In this document: positions 13,582 through 28,325 of the stretch, piece after piece
How positions within the stretch are numbered: position 1 is the first letter of the stretch
How the letters are laid out: each line of letters opens with the position of its first letter
NCBI GenBank assembly: GCA_964016885.1
Contig: OZ024742.1
Location: 194,928,001 to 194,992,000 of the forward strand
DNA: 64,000 nucleotides
Direction of reading: 5' to 3'
DNA from: Eledone cirrhosa
Lineage: Eukaryota
Program-made: the position numbers and the translations under genes
Notes under the pieces: model-generated
Told to the model about the DNA's origin: nothing
Databases searched by the model: none
What the model saw: only the letters and a program-made list of their open reading frames with translations

Positions 13582-14577
13582 TTGAGGTGGCTCAAACAGA
13601 TGAAACTGAACCAAGAATCTTCAGAGAATAGAGATAAATATCAAGACAAGATTGATGGTATAAACATGGCGGACATCTCATTAACGGATGAATTCAACAA
13701 CATCAACACAAATATATACGACAACACTACAGTCGACTCTGATGAATTATCGATATTACAACTACTACCTAAATATGCCACATATAATAGGATAAATATG
13801 ATAAGATGCTTGTTAGAAATAGAAAAATCATTTACAAAATTACGTTGTGGCCTCAAAAACAACAACAACAAAAACAAAAACAAAAGTAACAACATACGCA
13901 CAGACACACATACAACACACATCCCAAAAACAACAGGCACACAGACACACATACAACACACATCCCCAAAACAACAGACACAAACAACGATAACAACAAC
14001 AACACACACAGATACAAACAACAATAACAACAATGACACACACAACAATAATAACATACACGGAGACAACAACAACAACAACAACAACAACACACATCAA
14101 CAACAACACACATCAACAACAACACACATCAACAACAACAACACACACACACATCTTATGACTCTCACCACCACCACAATCATAACAGACACACAGACAC
14201 AGAAAACAGATAATGACAGTAACACAGAAGTAAGGGAAGGTAATGGAATTGAAAGGAGAAGGGAGACTATCGATACTGACAGAGAAAATAACAAGGATGA
14301 ACACACAGACACACAAAATAGAGTAGATAATAACAACGAGCCAGAGGGAAGAGACAGGAGTAATAATGAGAGACATAGAAACAACCATGAGGTTGTTGGT
14401 GGAAATAGAAATAGAAACAACACAACTAACAATAGCAATAGCAATAGTACACATAAAGAAGCAGCCTGGAATTCTACTTTGTATAATCCTTCCGATATAT
14501 CCTTCGACCTACGACGAGTCCACGCCATGACTTTAGCTTTTAACAAACGCCTCGCAATTGCCATCGCAGGTAGATGA
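13582..14577 (+). pseudogene. PLE N-terminal region with N/T/H-rich low-complexity linker
   Basis: ELSILQLLPKYA resembles the PLE N-terminal L.LG.KF motif; (AAC)/(CA)-derived coding repeats; directly upstream of RT. Confidence 0.65.
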
Positions 14578-14683
14578 ACAATTAGTATAGCTAGATCTAA
14601 ATGTAAAAATATTATAGAACAGTATAGCAAGAAGCAAAATAGAATGGAGGCCCAGCAACTGGGAGAAAAAATCTGCAAATGGC

Positions 14684-16081
14684 TTGCGTAAGCTCATGCA
14701 GCGCTCGCGTAATGGAGAGATTGCATGGTTTCCAACAGACAAGTCTGGCAGAATGTCGGTTGACAGTCTGTCAAACTACATCCAGGCAATGCAACCCCAC
14801 ATCACTAACACAAGAGAAGTAACACCACAAGAGCATGAGGATAGGGAGAAAACCCTCAATTCCCATATGATGATGTGGACAAACATAATGCAGCCCAATA
14901 AAATAACTGCCAACAACTTCCAGGCCTGTAACAATGACGTGCCAGCGTTGTATGAGCTTCGAAAAGACCATAAGGCGAACAGTGACCCAGTCACAGGACC
15001 ACCAACACGGCCAGTCTGTGGAGCTAACATTGCTAGTAACTACAGACTTTCCTACTTCCTCTCCCTGATCATACGCCCCATCATTGAAATGTCCCCAGAT
15101 ATATGTGACAGCACGGAGGACATCCTCAGCAGAATCAGCGAAAATAACCGATCTAGAGACCTAACAGACTGTATAATAGGTAGTATGGATGTTGTGTCCC
15201 TATATCCATCCATTAACGTGGATTTTGCTGTGGAGAAATGCGTAGAAATGATCAGTGAGAGCAATGTTGAATTCCGTGGGATTGATACCAGTGAGCTGGG
15301 ACTCCTACTTAAACTTACCTATAGTAATGTTTATCTAGATACGTATGACCTTAGCTACCTGTGCCCTACAAGAACAGGAAGAGGCAGGCCACCTACCATT
15401 ACCTCAATGGCCAAGAAAACCCACACAGAAATATGGAACGGGTGGACCAGAGACATACGGACCCCCCAAAACAACGATGAACTAAAGAAAATGATTGCAC
15501 ATGCGGTGGGGGCCAGTATAAAACTAACCCTTAAGGAAGATATGTTCAAATTTAATGGAAAAACATATGCCCAAGAGGAGGGAGAAGCCATTGGTGTTAG
15601 CATTGCAGGTGACATAGCTAACCTATTCATGGTATGGTGGGACAATAAACTTAAACTTAAACTTAAAGAACAATTAGAAGACAGCAACCTCTTAACCCTG
15701 ATAATGTACTCCCGCTACGTTGATGATATAAACATCGTTGTAAAAACATCCCCACTAGAGAACAGTCAGGAATTGGAGAAAAACACCATGGAAAGCATCC
15801 AGCAAATAGCTAACTCCATCCACCAGAGTATTAGAGTTACTATAGACTACCCAAGCAAACACCCCAACCATCGATTACCTGTACTAGACACAGAGCTCTG
15901 GTTAGAAACCATTAATAACAAAAAACAAATCCTCCATTCCCATTATGCCAAACCCATGACTTCCAAATATGTGATCCACCGAAACTCAGCTGTTTCGGAT
16001 CACGCCAAAATCAACATACTGATTGCGGATTTGGTACGGGTGATGAGAAACGTGTCCCGCATGTGCAACGCAAAGAACTAG
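14684..16081 (+). pseudogene. PLE reverse transcriptase (core intact, flanks frameshifted)
   Basis: PTDKSG, LRKDHK, PTRPVC, SMDVVSLYPSI, YAQEEGEAIG, YSRYVDDI, LPVLDT, HYAKPMTS. Confidence 0.92.
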
Positions 16082-16469
16082 AGAGATACATACAACACTT
16101 CATCCACCATATGCAGTTCTCTGGTCACAATCAGAGAGATAAAATCAGAGTATATAGAGTGAGCCAGAACCAAATGGGAAAAAATGGTAAATAATGATAC
16201 AAATGGGACCTACCTATTGTATAGGAGCAAATTTTGGAATAGAATAGAAATAACTAGGAATAAGGTTAATAGAATAAACTCATGGTATGATAGTAATAAA
16301 TACCAGAGTGAAATGTTCATCAATACAACCCCTAAACCCCTAGAGATGAATTAGCTTACAAATTTAGAAGGGCCCTAGATAAACATAAACTCAATTAGCA
16401 ATAGATGCCCTTTTCAAAGACTTCCCTGTATAGATAAGAAATGCATAATCTGTACACTAAGCCCCCATA

Positions 16470-16792
16470 TTAACTGTAAAACTAGAAATGTAGTATATAG
16501 CATAAGATGTACTGAAGGACAATATAAAGATAAGAATATAGTGTACATAGGTGAGACAGCTCGTAGTATAAGAGAACGGATAAATGAACACTGGCGAGAA
16601 CTTCAAGATAAAAAAGAATCATCAATACTCCACCAACATGCTAAAATAGAACATAATGGCAAATTAGAGAACATAGAAATAAAAATAAAATCTACACACA
16701 GAAAAGACGCAATGTTTAGACAAATCACAGAACTCCAACCAAAATTAAATAGAAAACATGAATGGAATAGCAACATCACAACTAACAATTAA
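16470..16792 (+). pseudogene. PLE GIY-YIG endonuclease
   Basis: NCKTRNVVYSIRC...VYIGETARSIRERINEH...LHQH...QPKLN. Confidence 0.88.
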
Positions 16793-16989
16793 GGACAAAA
16801 TGAAAACACACACACGCATAGAACAAACAACCAACCAGTAACATGTAAATAAACAAATAAATAAACAAATAAAACACACACAGACACCCGGATGTAATAC
16901 ATGCGTAAACTAAGCACACAACACACACACAAACAAGATAGCGTAGGACAGAACAAAGTAGAGGCACAAAACAAAGAAAAGATTCCCCA

Positions 16990-17032
16990 GTCACTGAAGA
17001 GGTCACAGAATGTGTGACGAAAGAACTTTGAC
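16990..17032 (+). ncRNA. Minimal type I hammerhead in PLE pseudo-LTR
   Basis: gtca-CTGAAGA-g-gtcaca(gaatg)tgtgac-GAAAG(aa)CTT-tgac. Confidence 0.8.
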
Positions 17033-17180
17033 AATATATGAACAACCGTCCGGTTGTGGAACCAGCCAACGAACCAGAAATTTATATATTCTTAAATTTA
17101 TAAATTTAATTTATACTAAATTCTAGTGAAAGCAATTGGTGCGTATGTTTCTTATTGGCAACATGACCCTCCCAAAGTAT

Positions 17181-17234
<54 letters not shown>

Positions 17235-17289
17235 TTGAACCGTTAAGGTCTGATTCCTGTGTATGTCACTATTTATAAAACAAACTTTG

Positions 17290-17350
17290 TATTTTATCTG
17301 ATGAAAGGGTACCATAGTTTTGGTACACTTGAAATATATATAATAGAATA
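17290..17350 (+). ncRNA. Minimal type I hammerhead on a ~150-nt island between TA tracts
   Basis: tattttat-CTGATGA-aagggtacca(tagttt)tggtacactt-GAAAT(atat)ATA-atagaata. Confidence 0.8.
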
Positions 17351-17378
17351 AATATGGTTTTATAAAAAATACTTTCCA

Positions 17379-17426
<48 letters not shown>

Positions 17427-17623
17427 CACACATATATATATATATTTATCCCCTTAACCAGTTTTCAATTTGTCACGCTTTTTAACGTATTTTTATTACT
17501 CTGAGATGTATCTTATCGATTTATCGATATCTTCTTATCGAGTGCTTCGTGCAAAGTATCCGAATATTGTCTTTGCGTTGATGCAGGCCGAACGCCGCAA
17601 CTTCCTTATTATTCACTTCCACT

Positions 17624-17689
<66 letters not shown>

Positions 17690-17695
<6 letters not shown>

Positions 17696-19676
17696 CTAAC
17701 CTTTCATCTAACCAGGATGTATTCGATAACAATGTGCCCTTTTATAACGAAGCTTTAGCTAGAAGCGGCCACAAAAACAAATTAGTCTATATACCCTGCA
17801 CCAATAATACTTCAAACATACAACCCAATATTACCAACAAACACCAAATGAAAAACACACACCTAAATGCCACTCACACTACACCCAAAAATACCAACAT
17901 AAAACATAATTTCTCTACCTCTTCTCACATAAAATATAATAACTTTCAAAAAACCATTCATCCAAATACTCCAATATACGTTAATAACATTACTAACAAA
18001 ATTCTTAATAATCAGACTAAAGCACCTAAATCAGTTAATCTAACTAAACCTATATATAATAAATTCAGTAATACTAATTCTCTTAGTAAACATCCTGATA
18101 CATCGTATAAGTATAAAAAAAACCTCGAAACCGTAATAGGCAAGTTACTTGGTATAATGCTCCATTTTATCTACAAATTAAAGATAATATCACTAAAAAT
18201 GTTTTTACTATCCTAGATAAAAACTTAAATACCATCAAATTTTAAATAGATCAACTGTCAAATTTTCCTACTCCACTACCAAAAATATACAACAAAATAT
18301 AAGTGCGTACAATGCATATAAATGTAAAAAAAAACACGAATATACCACCAACACATCAAACCAACCATAATACTAAAATAAACCGCAACAAACCACCATC
18401 TCCTTCACATATAACAAGTCGAGTAAATTCCACACCAAATTTGACTAACTCCCCTGATATAATATTCACGAATGGTTGTAACTGTAGAAACAAAAGAAAT
18501 TGCCCATTAAAGGGAAATTGTCTATCTACATAGTTTATAAATGTAAAATTAGCACTAAGGACTCCACTTATTCATATATAGGAGCTACGCCTAACCAATT
18601 TAAAGTAAGATTTAATACCCACAAACATAGTTTTAAAAATGCCGCATTAGCTAATACATCATGGGCTGAAACAATTAATAATTATAAAAAAAGAATATCG
18701 ATTATCAAAATAACAGACATGAGTGTAGATTATACCCCCAGGAACTTTTTGAAATAATGAAATCTAAGGATATCGTATTAAATAAGCGACAAGAATGAAT
18801 TATATCTTGCAATCATAGAATTAGAAGAACTTTCAAATATTATAAACCTAATTAATATACACCTTACACTTATATTTTACATATTATTATAATTAGTTTT
18901 TTTTATTTAGTTAACCTATAATTAGTACTTTACTACAGAGAACTTGATAATTTTATTTCCCTCTTACAGCTCTCTTTTCCTAAAATTAATACCTAAAAGT
19001 ATACATATGAATTAATTTAATTTCCTGTTATGAATCTAGATTCATTGTAGTCTATATAAGATTGGTATTTCTCACTTCTACATTTATCCCATATTTTATT
19101 TTCCTTCGTTTTTAACAACATTCTTTAATAACATCTAATTCTTGTTTATCACATCCATATGAATTAATATAAATTTATCCCTATAAGTATACTTATCAAT
19201 TAATTTAATTTCTTGTTATAGATCTAAATTCCTTGTGTTTTAAATAAGATTGGTATTTCTCACTAACACCTTTACCCTAAAATGTTATTCTTCTTCGGTT
19301 TTACATTAACATTATTCGTTAATAGCATCAAATTTTCGTGTACCCTTCACCAACTTAACCTCTTTTCATCCCCAAAGTATTCTTTTCATTCAAAGTATTC
19401 TTTCCATTCAAAACTTAAGTCTGCATTCCTCTACCCCTTAATTAAATTTCTACTACTACTATTCTATCAACTTGACCTCTTACTACTTTTTTATTGGTCA
19501 ATTCAAAACCTGTTCCCAAACAGACCTATTGTATTAAATCTTTGTTGGTTTTTTTCAATAAACAAATATCATTATTTCTGAAGACAGCATATATATGTGA
19601 AGGTATGTATATTTCCTCTGATAGATTGTAAAATATTTTTACATCGATCTTTGTTTTTATTCATTGTTTTTATTAA

Positions 19677-19680
<4 letters not shown>
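17690..19680 (+). mobile_element. 5'-truncated degenerate PLE (relative of family A)
   Basis: ISNLSSNQDVF..YNEALARSG; CNCRNKRNCPLKGNCL; IVYKCKIST..YIGATPNQFKVRFNTHKHSF; long T-rich 3' region; TA-flanked. Confidence 0.85.
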
Positions 19681-19743
<63 letters not shown>

Positions 19744-19829
19744 CGATTATTTGCTTAAACTTTAATCTGTCATTTTAATAAATATATATATATATAATAT
19801 ATATATATATTTATATATATATATATATA

Positions 19830-20024
19830 ACGAAGGAAATGTGGTAAGGAACCAGGTGGACCATAACGCACCAAAGTACTCAATACTTGAGGTAGTAGAG
19901 TGGGTAATAGGAACCAGTAAGACCCCGACAGCTGAGCTCAAGCCGTTTCGACGGCTAATTCTGGACTGAGTCCAGAATTAGCCGTCGAAACGGCTTGAGC
20001 TCAGCTGTCGGGGTCTTACTGGTT

Positions 20025-20027
<3 letters not shown>
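19830..20027. mobile_element. Fold-back PLE-type terminus containing the 3' half of a hammerhead
   Basis: Near-perfect palindrome ~19907-20029 centred on ggactgagtcc; contains GAAACggct(tgagctc)agctGTC-ggggt. Confidence 0.75.
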
Positions 20028-20118
<91 letters not shown>

Positions 20119-20208
20119 TATTACGGCTCTGTCCTCAGACATTGAGCTAACCTCATACTGCCTGCTGGATAAGTGGAGTGTTATACACCCCTGATCCTTT
20201 CCCTAGCA

Positions 20209-20276
<68 letters not shown>

Positions 20277-20281
<5 letters not shown>

Positions 20282-22560
20282 TGACAGATTAAAGTTTAAG
20301 CAAAGAATCGCTGCTTTCACCCATAACGGTATCTTCTGAAATTAAAAAAGTCAATCTGTGAACGGAGAAGTAAATATTTCAAAAAAGGTTGCAACCGGAG
20401 GAAGACAGGAAGACGATAAATTTGGTTCGTGGAATCGTTCCCTGGCAAAGAACGGGGGAAAAAACGAAGATAATACGTCATTATTTGAGAAAAAAAATTA
20501 CACGCTAAGACAAAACCACGTTTATGGTTGAGGCCAACCTCTTGATCGTTAATTACCTCGACGTTACCCTCAATTTATTGAATGGCTTGCACTACCCGTA
20601 TAGAAAGCCGAATGATACGCTTAATAACATAAGTAAGCATTCTAACCATCCTGCCAGCATAACCAAGAACCTGGTAAGAAACGTTTCTTTGAGGCTTTCC
20701 CTAACGAGCATATTTTCAATGACCATTCCACATATTACAATGAAACTCTTGCTCGGAGTGGTTTGTCGATAAGGTAGCATATACAGAGTACGAAAATAGA
20801 CCTAGAATTAATAGATCCCGACGCATTATATGGTATAACCGACCATATAATATGGAGGTGGCCTTACCATTAGCTAAGATCTTTCTCTCCCTTATTATGA
20901 AGCATTTTTCTCCAACACATAAATATAGTAACATTTTTAATAGAAATACCATTAAAATGTCCTACTCTACGCCTCCTAACCTTGCACATAACATCACAGC
21001 TTCAAATTTAGCTAAACTACCTAGCCGTAGGAACACGTGCGGCCATGTATCTAGTACTAACTGTAATTGTAGGAATCGGGTTGATTGCCCCCTATCCGGG
21101 AAATGCCTCTCTAGTAACATTGTCTACAAATGTAAGGTTGAAACACCCACGTCCCGTATGGCCTACATAAGGTTAACCGCCAATAGATTCAAGCAGCGTC
21201 TTTACATGCATACCCATTTTTTCTTAACCCTTTAAGAAGGAATATGACGTCACTTTCAGCTTATATCTGGAGTCTAAAAGACAACCACACCCAGTATAAG
21301 TTACACTGGGAGATCCTAGCTAGGGCTAGATCGTATAACGGAAATAAAAGACCATGTGACCTCTGCGCCGCTGAGGCCCTGGAAATACTCTACGCCAAAG
21401 ACCGCATCTTAAACAAAAAATCTGAGGCAATTTCGGCTTGTAAACAAAACTTTCCTGTATTACATTATACCCTAACGGATAGTACGAACTATACGCGGAT
21501 ATGTTACGTCTTGATGTGGTAGCTAAGTATATGTTATGTTTGTACCATTACTTATTTGTATAGGCAAGTATATATTACCTGTATGTTTTGTGAAGGTACG
21601 TATACTTTCTCGTACGTATATTTGATTGTATATGTTATGGCGTATATATTATATATTCTGGTACATATGCATTTGGTTGTGTATACGCGATTTTGCGTCT
21701 GCGTGAGTATGCGGGTTCGTACGTATGTAGGGTGTGTGTATATGTGTACTTTGTGTTTTGGTTGACATACGTCTCCGAACATATGTGTATTTACATGTAG
21801 TTATGTGTGCGCGCGCGTTATATACGTATTTATTTATTTATTTATATACCTTTATTTAATTATATGTATACATGCACACACACACACCCACATTATATAT
21901 ATATATATTTTTTTTAATACATATCTTTATGTGTATTTGGTGTATACACTCGTATGTGTGCGGGTACAGGCGTTTCGTGTGTTGTGTATGTGCGTGCGGG
22001 GTTTTGTTGAGGAGGGGGAGTTTGTACGTGCTTGTATTTGTATACCTATGGCGAGTGTTTTCGCGTATGCTTATGTATGTACGTATATGGATGCGTGTAT
22101 GTATTTATAATAATTTCAATTAATTCTGTATTTTATTTACTTTATTCTTAACTCTGAAGCCGAGAATCATTCGGTTTCCTAGTTCATTGCCAGGGAACGT
22201 CTCCATGAATCACCTAATAGAATATTAGTCTACGACTTCTTTTATACCATAAATTGTTTTTCACCGCTCCAAATAATGACGTATTATCTTCGTTTTTTCC
22301 CGTTCTTTTCCAGGGAACGTTTCCACGAACCAAAGTATCGTCTTCCTGTCTTCCTCCTGTTGCAACGTTTTTTGAAATATTTACGTCTGCGTTCACAGAT
22401 TGACTTTGTTAGTTTCAGAAGATCCCGTTAAGGGTGAAAGCAGCGATTCTTTGCTTAAATTTTAATCTGTTATTTTAATAAAGTTTTGCTCTACGGTTCT
22501 TATATATTTGATATATATTTATCCTTATGGACCCCTCGTCTTCAAATTTATTATTATTAC
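20277..22560 (+). mobile_element. PLE family A copy with inverted pseudo-LTR
   Basis: Inverted arm 20277-20527; body from VNYLDVTLNL through GIY-YIG (20852-21522); HHR motifs at 20293-20343 (-) and 22411-22461 (+). Confidence 0.92.
22411..22461 (+). ncRNA. Family A hammerhead-like motif (CAGAAGA)
   Basis: agttt-CAGAAGA-tccc(gttaa)gggt-GAAAGCA...TGCTT-aaatt. Confidence 0.65.
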
Positions 22561-22985
22561 TATATATATATATATAATCTGAGTTTTTCGAATATTAATG
22601 ATAATATACGATTAGTTTGCAATTATGCAAACAGCGTCTGTTATAACCGATGTCAGTAGAATGACCCCCTCATTCTAGCTCTTGTGTTGGCATGCAAACA
22701 GAACTGCAGACACCAAGGTTTCTGGGTATTATTCAAATAACTAACAACTAGTAATCGCTCTACATGGCTGAATACAGTAAATGTAATCTGAGTTTTTCGA
22801 GTATTAATAATAATATTCGATTTGTTGCAATTATTATTATTAGAAAAACTCAGATAACATTTATTGTATATATATATATATATATCTTTAAGTCGTTTGG
22901 AAGCCTCGACAATGCAAACGACTTAAAGATATTTACTTATTATTCCACAATGCTTCAAGCAAACTTCAATACTCTCTTATATATA

Positions 22986-23036
<51 letters not shown>

Positions 23037-23049
23037 ATATATATATATA

Positions 23050-23270
23050 AAGGAACGATCGACTTTCGTCAAATCGGACCGAGGGAACAATGTTTCCGTT
23101 GGTCTTTCCAATTGCTAATACTATCTATCGGTCGCAACTCCAGGTAGAAGGAGCAACGTGAAATAAAGTGTCTTGCTCAAGGACACAACGCATCGCCTGG
23201 TCCAGAAATCGAACTCACAACCTTACGATTGCGAATCCAATTCTCTAACCACTCAGCCACACGCCTTCAT
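23050..23270 (-). mobile_element. tRNA-derived SINE family S1 (CORE-like)
   Basis: A box tggctgagtgg, B box gagttcgattt, then gtgtccttgagcaagacactttatttcac. Confidence 0.85.
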
Positions 23271-23371
23271 ATATATATAATATATATATATATTTATATA
23301 TACAAATATAAATTAGCGAGAATTGCATTTCAGCTATTGTAAATTAGCCAAAAGCAACTTCCGAGATGTAT

Positions 23372-23480
<109 letters not shown>

Positions 23481-23493
23481 GCCATATATATAT

Positions 23494-23544
<51 letters not shown>

Positions 23545-23570
23545 TTTTTAAAATGTTCTTATTTTACGTC

Positions 23571-23622
<52 letters not shown>

Positions 23623-23682
23623 GACGTAAAATAAGAAAATTTTAAAAAGAATTTAAAAAATTAACTTACTTACTAAATTTTC

Positions 23683-23764
23683 ACTCCAACTAATTAGTTT
23701 CTGCAATGGGATAAAGTCAGTTACGTAATATAACCGTCTAGAATTCATTGCGTCATTTGGGAGT
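23683..23764 (-). ncRNA. Degenerate hammerhead-like fold
   Basis: actcc-CAAATGA-cgcaatg...cattgca-GAAAC(taatta)GTT-ggagt; stems intact, core has 2 mismatches. Confidence 0.45.
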
Positions 23765-24024
23765 CTATTCTCAGCTAAGTCTCCAGGCAATGCGCCGACA
23801 CTGGGGACTCATATAAAAATAATAATAATTCGGTAGCTGGAACAGCTAGCGGGGACTGGATTCCATGCACTGAAAAGCTCGCTATCTCTGGTCAAATGGC
23901 AGATTCTAAAGAATCAATCACGTGACACTGAGGCTAGCCGGTAGGAGTGGGATGGTAAGATGACAGAAGCCTACTACCATACCAATAAATTAGTAGTGGT
24001 TTTGGCAGGTTTGCTCAACAAATT

Positions 24025-24624
24025 TAAACGCAGAAGTGGATATTTAAAAAAACGTTGCAACCGGAGGAAGACAGGAAGACCATACTTTGGTTCGTGGAAA
24101 AGTTCGCTGGCAAAGAACGGGAAAAAACGAATATAATACGTCATTAATAGGAGCGGTGAAAAACAATTACGCGCAAAGACAGAACCACGTTTGTGGTATA
24201 AAAGAGGTCGTAGACTAATGTTCTCTTAGGTGGTTCATAGAGACGTTCTCTGGCAATGAACGAAAACAACGAAGATAATACGTCATATGTGGAGCGTGGA
24301 GAACAATAGCACGCAAAGACAAAACCATGTAAATGGTATAGCAGAAGTCGTATACTAAAATTCTAACTAGGAGACCGAATGAATCTCCGCCTCAGAGTTA
24401 AGAACAAAGTAAATAAATACAAAACAGAAGTAATAGAAATAAATAAATACATACACGCAAACAAATACGTACATAAACAAGCATACGCAAAACACTTACC
24501 ATAGGTATACAAAACCACGCACATATAAATATGTGTGTGTGTGTGTGTATGCGTGTTAGTTTCAGAAGATCCCGTTAAGGGTGAAAGCAGCGATTTTTTG
24601 CTTAAACTTTAATCTGTTATTTTA

Positions 24625-24628
<4 letters not shown>
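24025..24628. mobile_element. Non-coding PLE family A fragment with inverted HHR-bearing end (24558-24608 +)
   Basis: 24025-24555 closely matches 685-1213; the sequence then switches strand at the HHR stem I. Confidence 0.85.
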
Positions 24629-24678
<50 letters not shown>

Positions 24679-24679
24679 T

Positions 24680-25094
24680 TACACGAGGGTGCTTCAAGAC
24701 ATTCGTGGAAAAAGGGCAGTTGGAAAAACGGTTTAAGTTATGATGCTTATTTTTCAACATATGCTCTATCTATCAGCCTTTAAGTCCATTTGTCTAAAAC
24801 TATGGGTCATGCGATTTAAACCATGTCAAAGCAGCTATTTTTACATCTTCAACTGGGGATCATCTTCAACCTCATCTCGTCCACTTCTACAACGACTTAT
24901 CAATTTGTAGGTTGTTAATTTCTTTAGGGCATTGTCTCCATAATCTTGCTCCAGTGCAACATGCACTAAAGGTTTTTTGTTAGAACATGTTATGACACGT
25001 TTGTACAAAAATATACAGGTGCATTGAGATGAAAATCCCTGCATATGATTTTTAGCTATGTACTTTTTCCACGAACGTGTTGAAGCCCTCTCGT
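24680..25094 (-). mobile_element. Mariner internal-deletion derivative (MITE-like)
   Basis: Imperfect TIRs acgagggtgcttcaagacattcgtggaaaa / ttttccacgaacgtgttgaagccctctcgta; HTH remnant YGDNALKKLTTYKLISRCRSGRDEVEDDP. Confidence 0.8.
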
Positions 25095-25239
25095 ATATGC
25101 GAAGTTTTTTACGAGCTTTCTGAGTGCGTCAGTCGCTGTCAGGCAACCAGTGTGCTAAGTGCGATATCACGTACTGTTTAATCCTTCCATTTTTATTTGA
25201 TCCGATACTGCCAACAAGGATCACGAGTTCCTGAATACT

Positions 25240-25730
25240 GTGGTTGAGGCGTTGGTGTACGGGTGCGACCAGGAACCCATATAACAGTCATTACAATAGA
25301 AGCACTCGACGTTGCCAAGTCTCCAAAGAGCAAAATCGATAGGTTGCTGACTGCTTTCTTCAACTACTTGGACATTGTGCATATACTGAAATGTATATAC
25401 TGTATATACTGAAATATATATACTGTATATACTGAAATAATCGGACGTCTTCGTGTTGCAGTCCAGCGCAAGATACCGGATCTGTGAGCCTCGCAAATCA
25501 AACACCCCGACTCATGCGTCGTAACTGATCCAATTTTTCTTTGAAAAGAAAAACATTTCGGTCAATCAGCAGGGTCAAATCTCTCCAGACATAGCTCATT
25601 CTGTCTGAATTCTGTTTATTCCTAGAACGGACAACATGCGGTTTGCTATTGCTACAGCAGTCTTGAGAATTATTTTAGAAGAGGCATGCCAGACATTTTC
25701 TTAACAGTAGATGGATCGCTGGATTAAGTG
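25240..25730 (+). pseudogene. Degenerate mariner transposase catalytic-domain relic
   Basis: Broken frames read VYGCDQEP..KHSTLP, GRLRVAVQRKIPDL, NTPTHAS.LIQFF, ISPDIA, resembling WVYGYDPE / DNAPAH / YSPDMAP. Confidence 0.65.
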
Positions 25731-25822
25731 TGCAGAGGCACAAAGATGCTACTTCGAGAGAGATTAACATATGAACATGATCAATTACGTATTTTTGCCC
25801 CACCTCGACAGGCATCATAAAT

Positions 25823-25959
<137 letters not shown>

Positions 25960-26789
25960 TGCACAAACTATTAACTTCACTTTCCATTTATCACTTATTT
26001 CTTAATGCCAACATTTTCTTCGTATTGTGTACAACCGTGTAACTGACATAGTTTCACCTTAGATCACAAACTGAACGACGGAAATTTTGACACCAAGAAT
26101 TAAATGATTAATGAATAATGGATATACTGGTTAAGGTGTTTTTGAGTAGTCAAAATGACTCCTCCGCGCTGTAATTGCTTTAGTTCCAACAAAAAGTTAC
26201 ACATTAAGTCTTTTGCAAATATATCTCATAAATACTTATCACTATCTTTATTACCCTAACTATTTATCATTAAGCATTCAATTCAGTATCTGCTATCTTC
26301 AAATAAAAGAATGATACAATGGACATTATAGTTTCTATTGTATATAAAGACGTTATTCAAACGTTGTAGTGATCTGTGTTATAAGATCTCCATCGATAAT
26401 ATTTGCTGACATATGTAAGTCATATTCTCTTTTACAAGAAAAGAAAATATACCTTCTTAACTCCGGCTTATAAAACGTTTCATATAGATTTACATAACAA
26501 TATTGAATTTAATTATATATATTTTCACCTCACATTAATATAATTTCAGTGATCTTTCCATATTTTTACTTGAACATAGCTATAAACTGGTCTGTTAAAA
26601 GTACCAGCTTGGTAACTGGCGCGAATAAATCAGCAAAAGAAACACTGCACTATATGGCTAGACACAACAAAGGCAGTCATACCGCATCGTACTTCGCGCG
26701 GGTTAACAAGGGACTTGTTCAGATCATAAGTAGAGGGTCTTGTTCCAAAAATATATTGCAATCTCCATTTCGTGCTGTAAAAACTGGCG

Positions 26790-28325
26790 ATGGGTCCACA
26801 GGTGATCCAGGTAAGCATGGAGTGGGCGCACAAAGATTGCGTATCCCAAGAACCCAAAGATGGTTTGAAAGATATCGAACCGAAAAAATTGAAACCTGGA
26901 ACATCACAACACTTACAGTTATGAAGCAGGAACTAGTGGAGGAGGCTATATGCTACCGGCTAGATTTAGTCGGGGTTTCCTCAATGAATTTCCTGGCTCT
27001 GGTACTGTATATTTGTTTGGAAGATGGAAATACCACTACTCATGTGTGGCGCCAGAAATGACCCCATTAGGAAGGAATATTTGGCTTTTGTAGCTTAGGC
27101 TGAAAGATAGGTCTCTGTGGGTGGTGTAAGTTTATGCACCAATCAAAGAGGCTGAATACAGATCCTTTCTTGATGAAGTCACTGCAGCGTTAGATGTGGA
27201 TAAGAGTCATATATCCTAATGAGAGACTTCAATACACATGTTGGCACTGACCACTTGCAACAGAAAGGAATGATTGGAAGGAACGGTGATCCCTATCTAA
27301 ATACAAATGGAGAAGTCTTCTTAGATTTCTGTGCTAGTAATAGGTTCTCCATTATGATCATCTTTTTCTCACACAAAGATATCTATAAATATATCAGAGG
27401 AATCAAGGAGGGAGGTCAATAATCGATTTCGATTTTGTGTCTGATCACCTCGAGTTTGTGCTGGATGTTCGTGTTATAAGTGTGGCTGAGCTGTCAGTGG
27501 ATCATCATCTAGTTATCTGCAGCTTGAGACTACCTAAAACCAAGGAAGCTCAAAAAATTGACATGTTAGGGTCGACCGGCAATAATAAGTGGGAAGCTTT
27601 GGCGGAGAAGGCAGGACCAGGTGTATGCGAATATTATTGTGTACAAATTCAGAAAACACCCTGAGCAAACTTTGAAAAGGAATAAATACTGTTCAGCTCG
27701 GCAGTTTCTGCATCAGCGGCGAATAAAAGTGGCTTGGTGTGGTACCGGGTGGAAGGAGGGACCCTTAGTTCAATCAAGAGGTCAAAGATGCCATCCGAGC
27801 AAAGAAAGAGGACAACAAAGCTTAGCATGGAAGTGACTTCTTCAAGACGAAACGTCGCAGCAAAGACAGTAAAGGCGTCCAACGTTAAGATCAGCAAATA
27901 AAGTGTTCTTGTAGACCATCCGCCGACTTCATAAGAAGTCCTCCAAAACTGCTATCAGGAAAGAGGTATACATCCTCGTGAGGTGGAGAGAATACTTTAC
28001 TGATCTCCTAAACCCGGTCGCAGCAGCATATTCTGATGTGCACGAGGTGCATTTGGGAGCGATGACTAATCTCTCGGAGGTGGAAGTCACAAAGGCAATT
28101 AAAGAGCACAAATGTGAAAAGATCGCTGGGAAGGATAGAATTTGTACCGGTATGTTAAAAGCGTTAAATAGAGAAAGTATTCCATGGTTGAATCGTCTGT
28201 GCCGGGTAGCCTATACCTCTGGAAAGGGGCTTAAGTAATGGCAATCGGATGTGATGATGCCAATTTTTTTAAAAGGAGACAAGAGAGTTCCTCTGATTAT
28301 AGAGGGAAATTCCTGTTAAACATAC
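26790..28325 (+). mobile_element. RTE-clade LINE fragment (APE endonuclease to start of RT), degraded
   Basis: TWNITTL..ELVEE..YRLDLVGVSS; DFNTHVG..GRNGDP..NGEVFLDFCAS; DHHLVIC; RWREYFTDLLNP; PIFLKGDKR. Confidence 0.85.

Noticed and set aside
19565-19630. CTGAAGA...GAAG hammerhead-like motif at the end of a PLE
   Set aside because: The position is plausible, but stem I is not adjacent to the core and GAAA is altered; at best a decayed relic.
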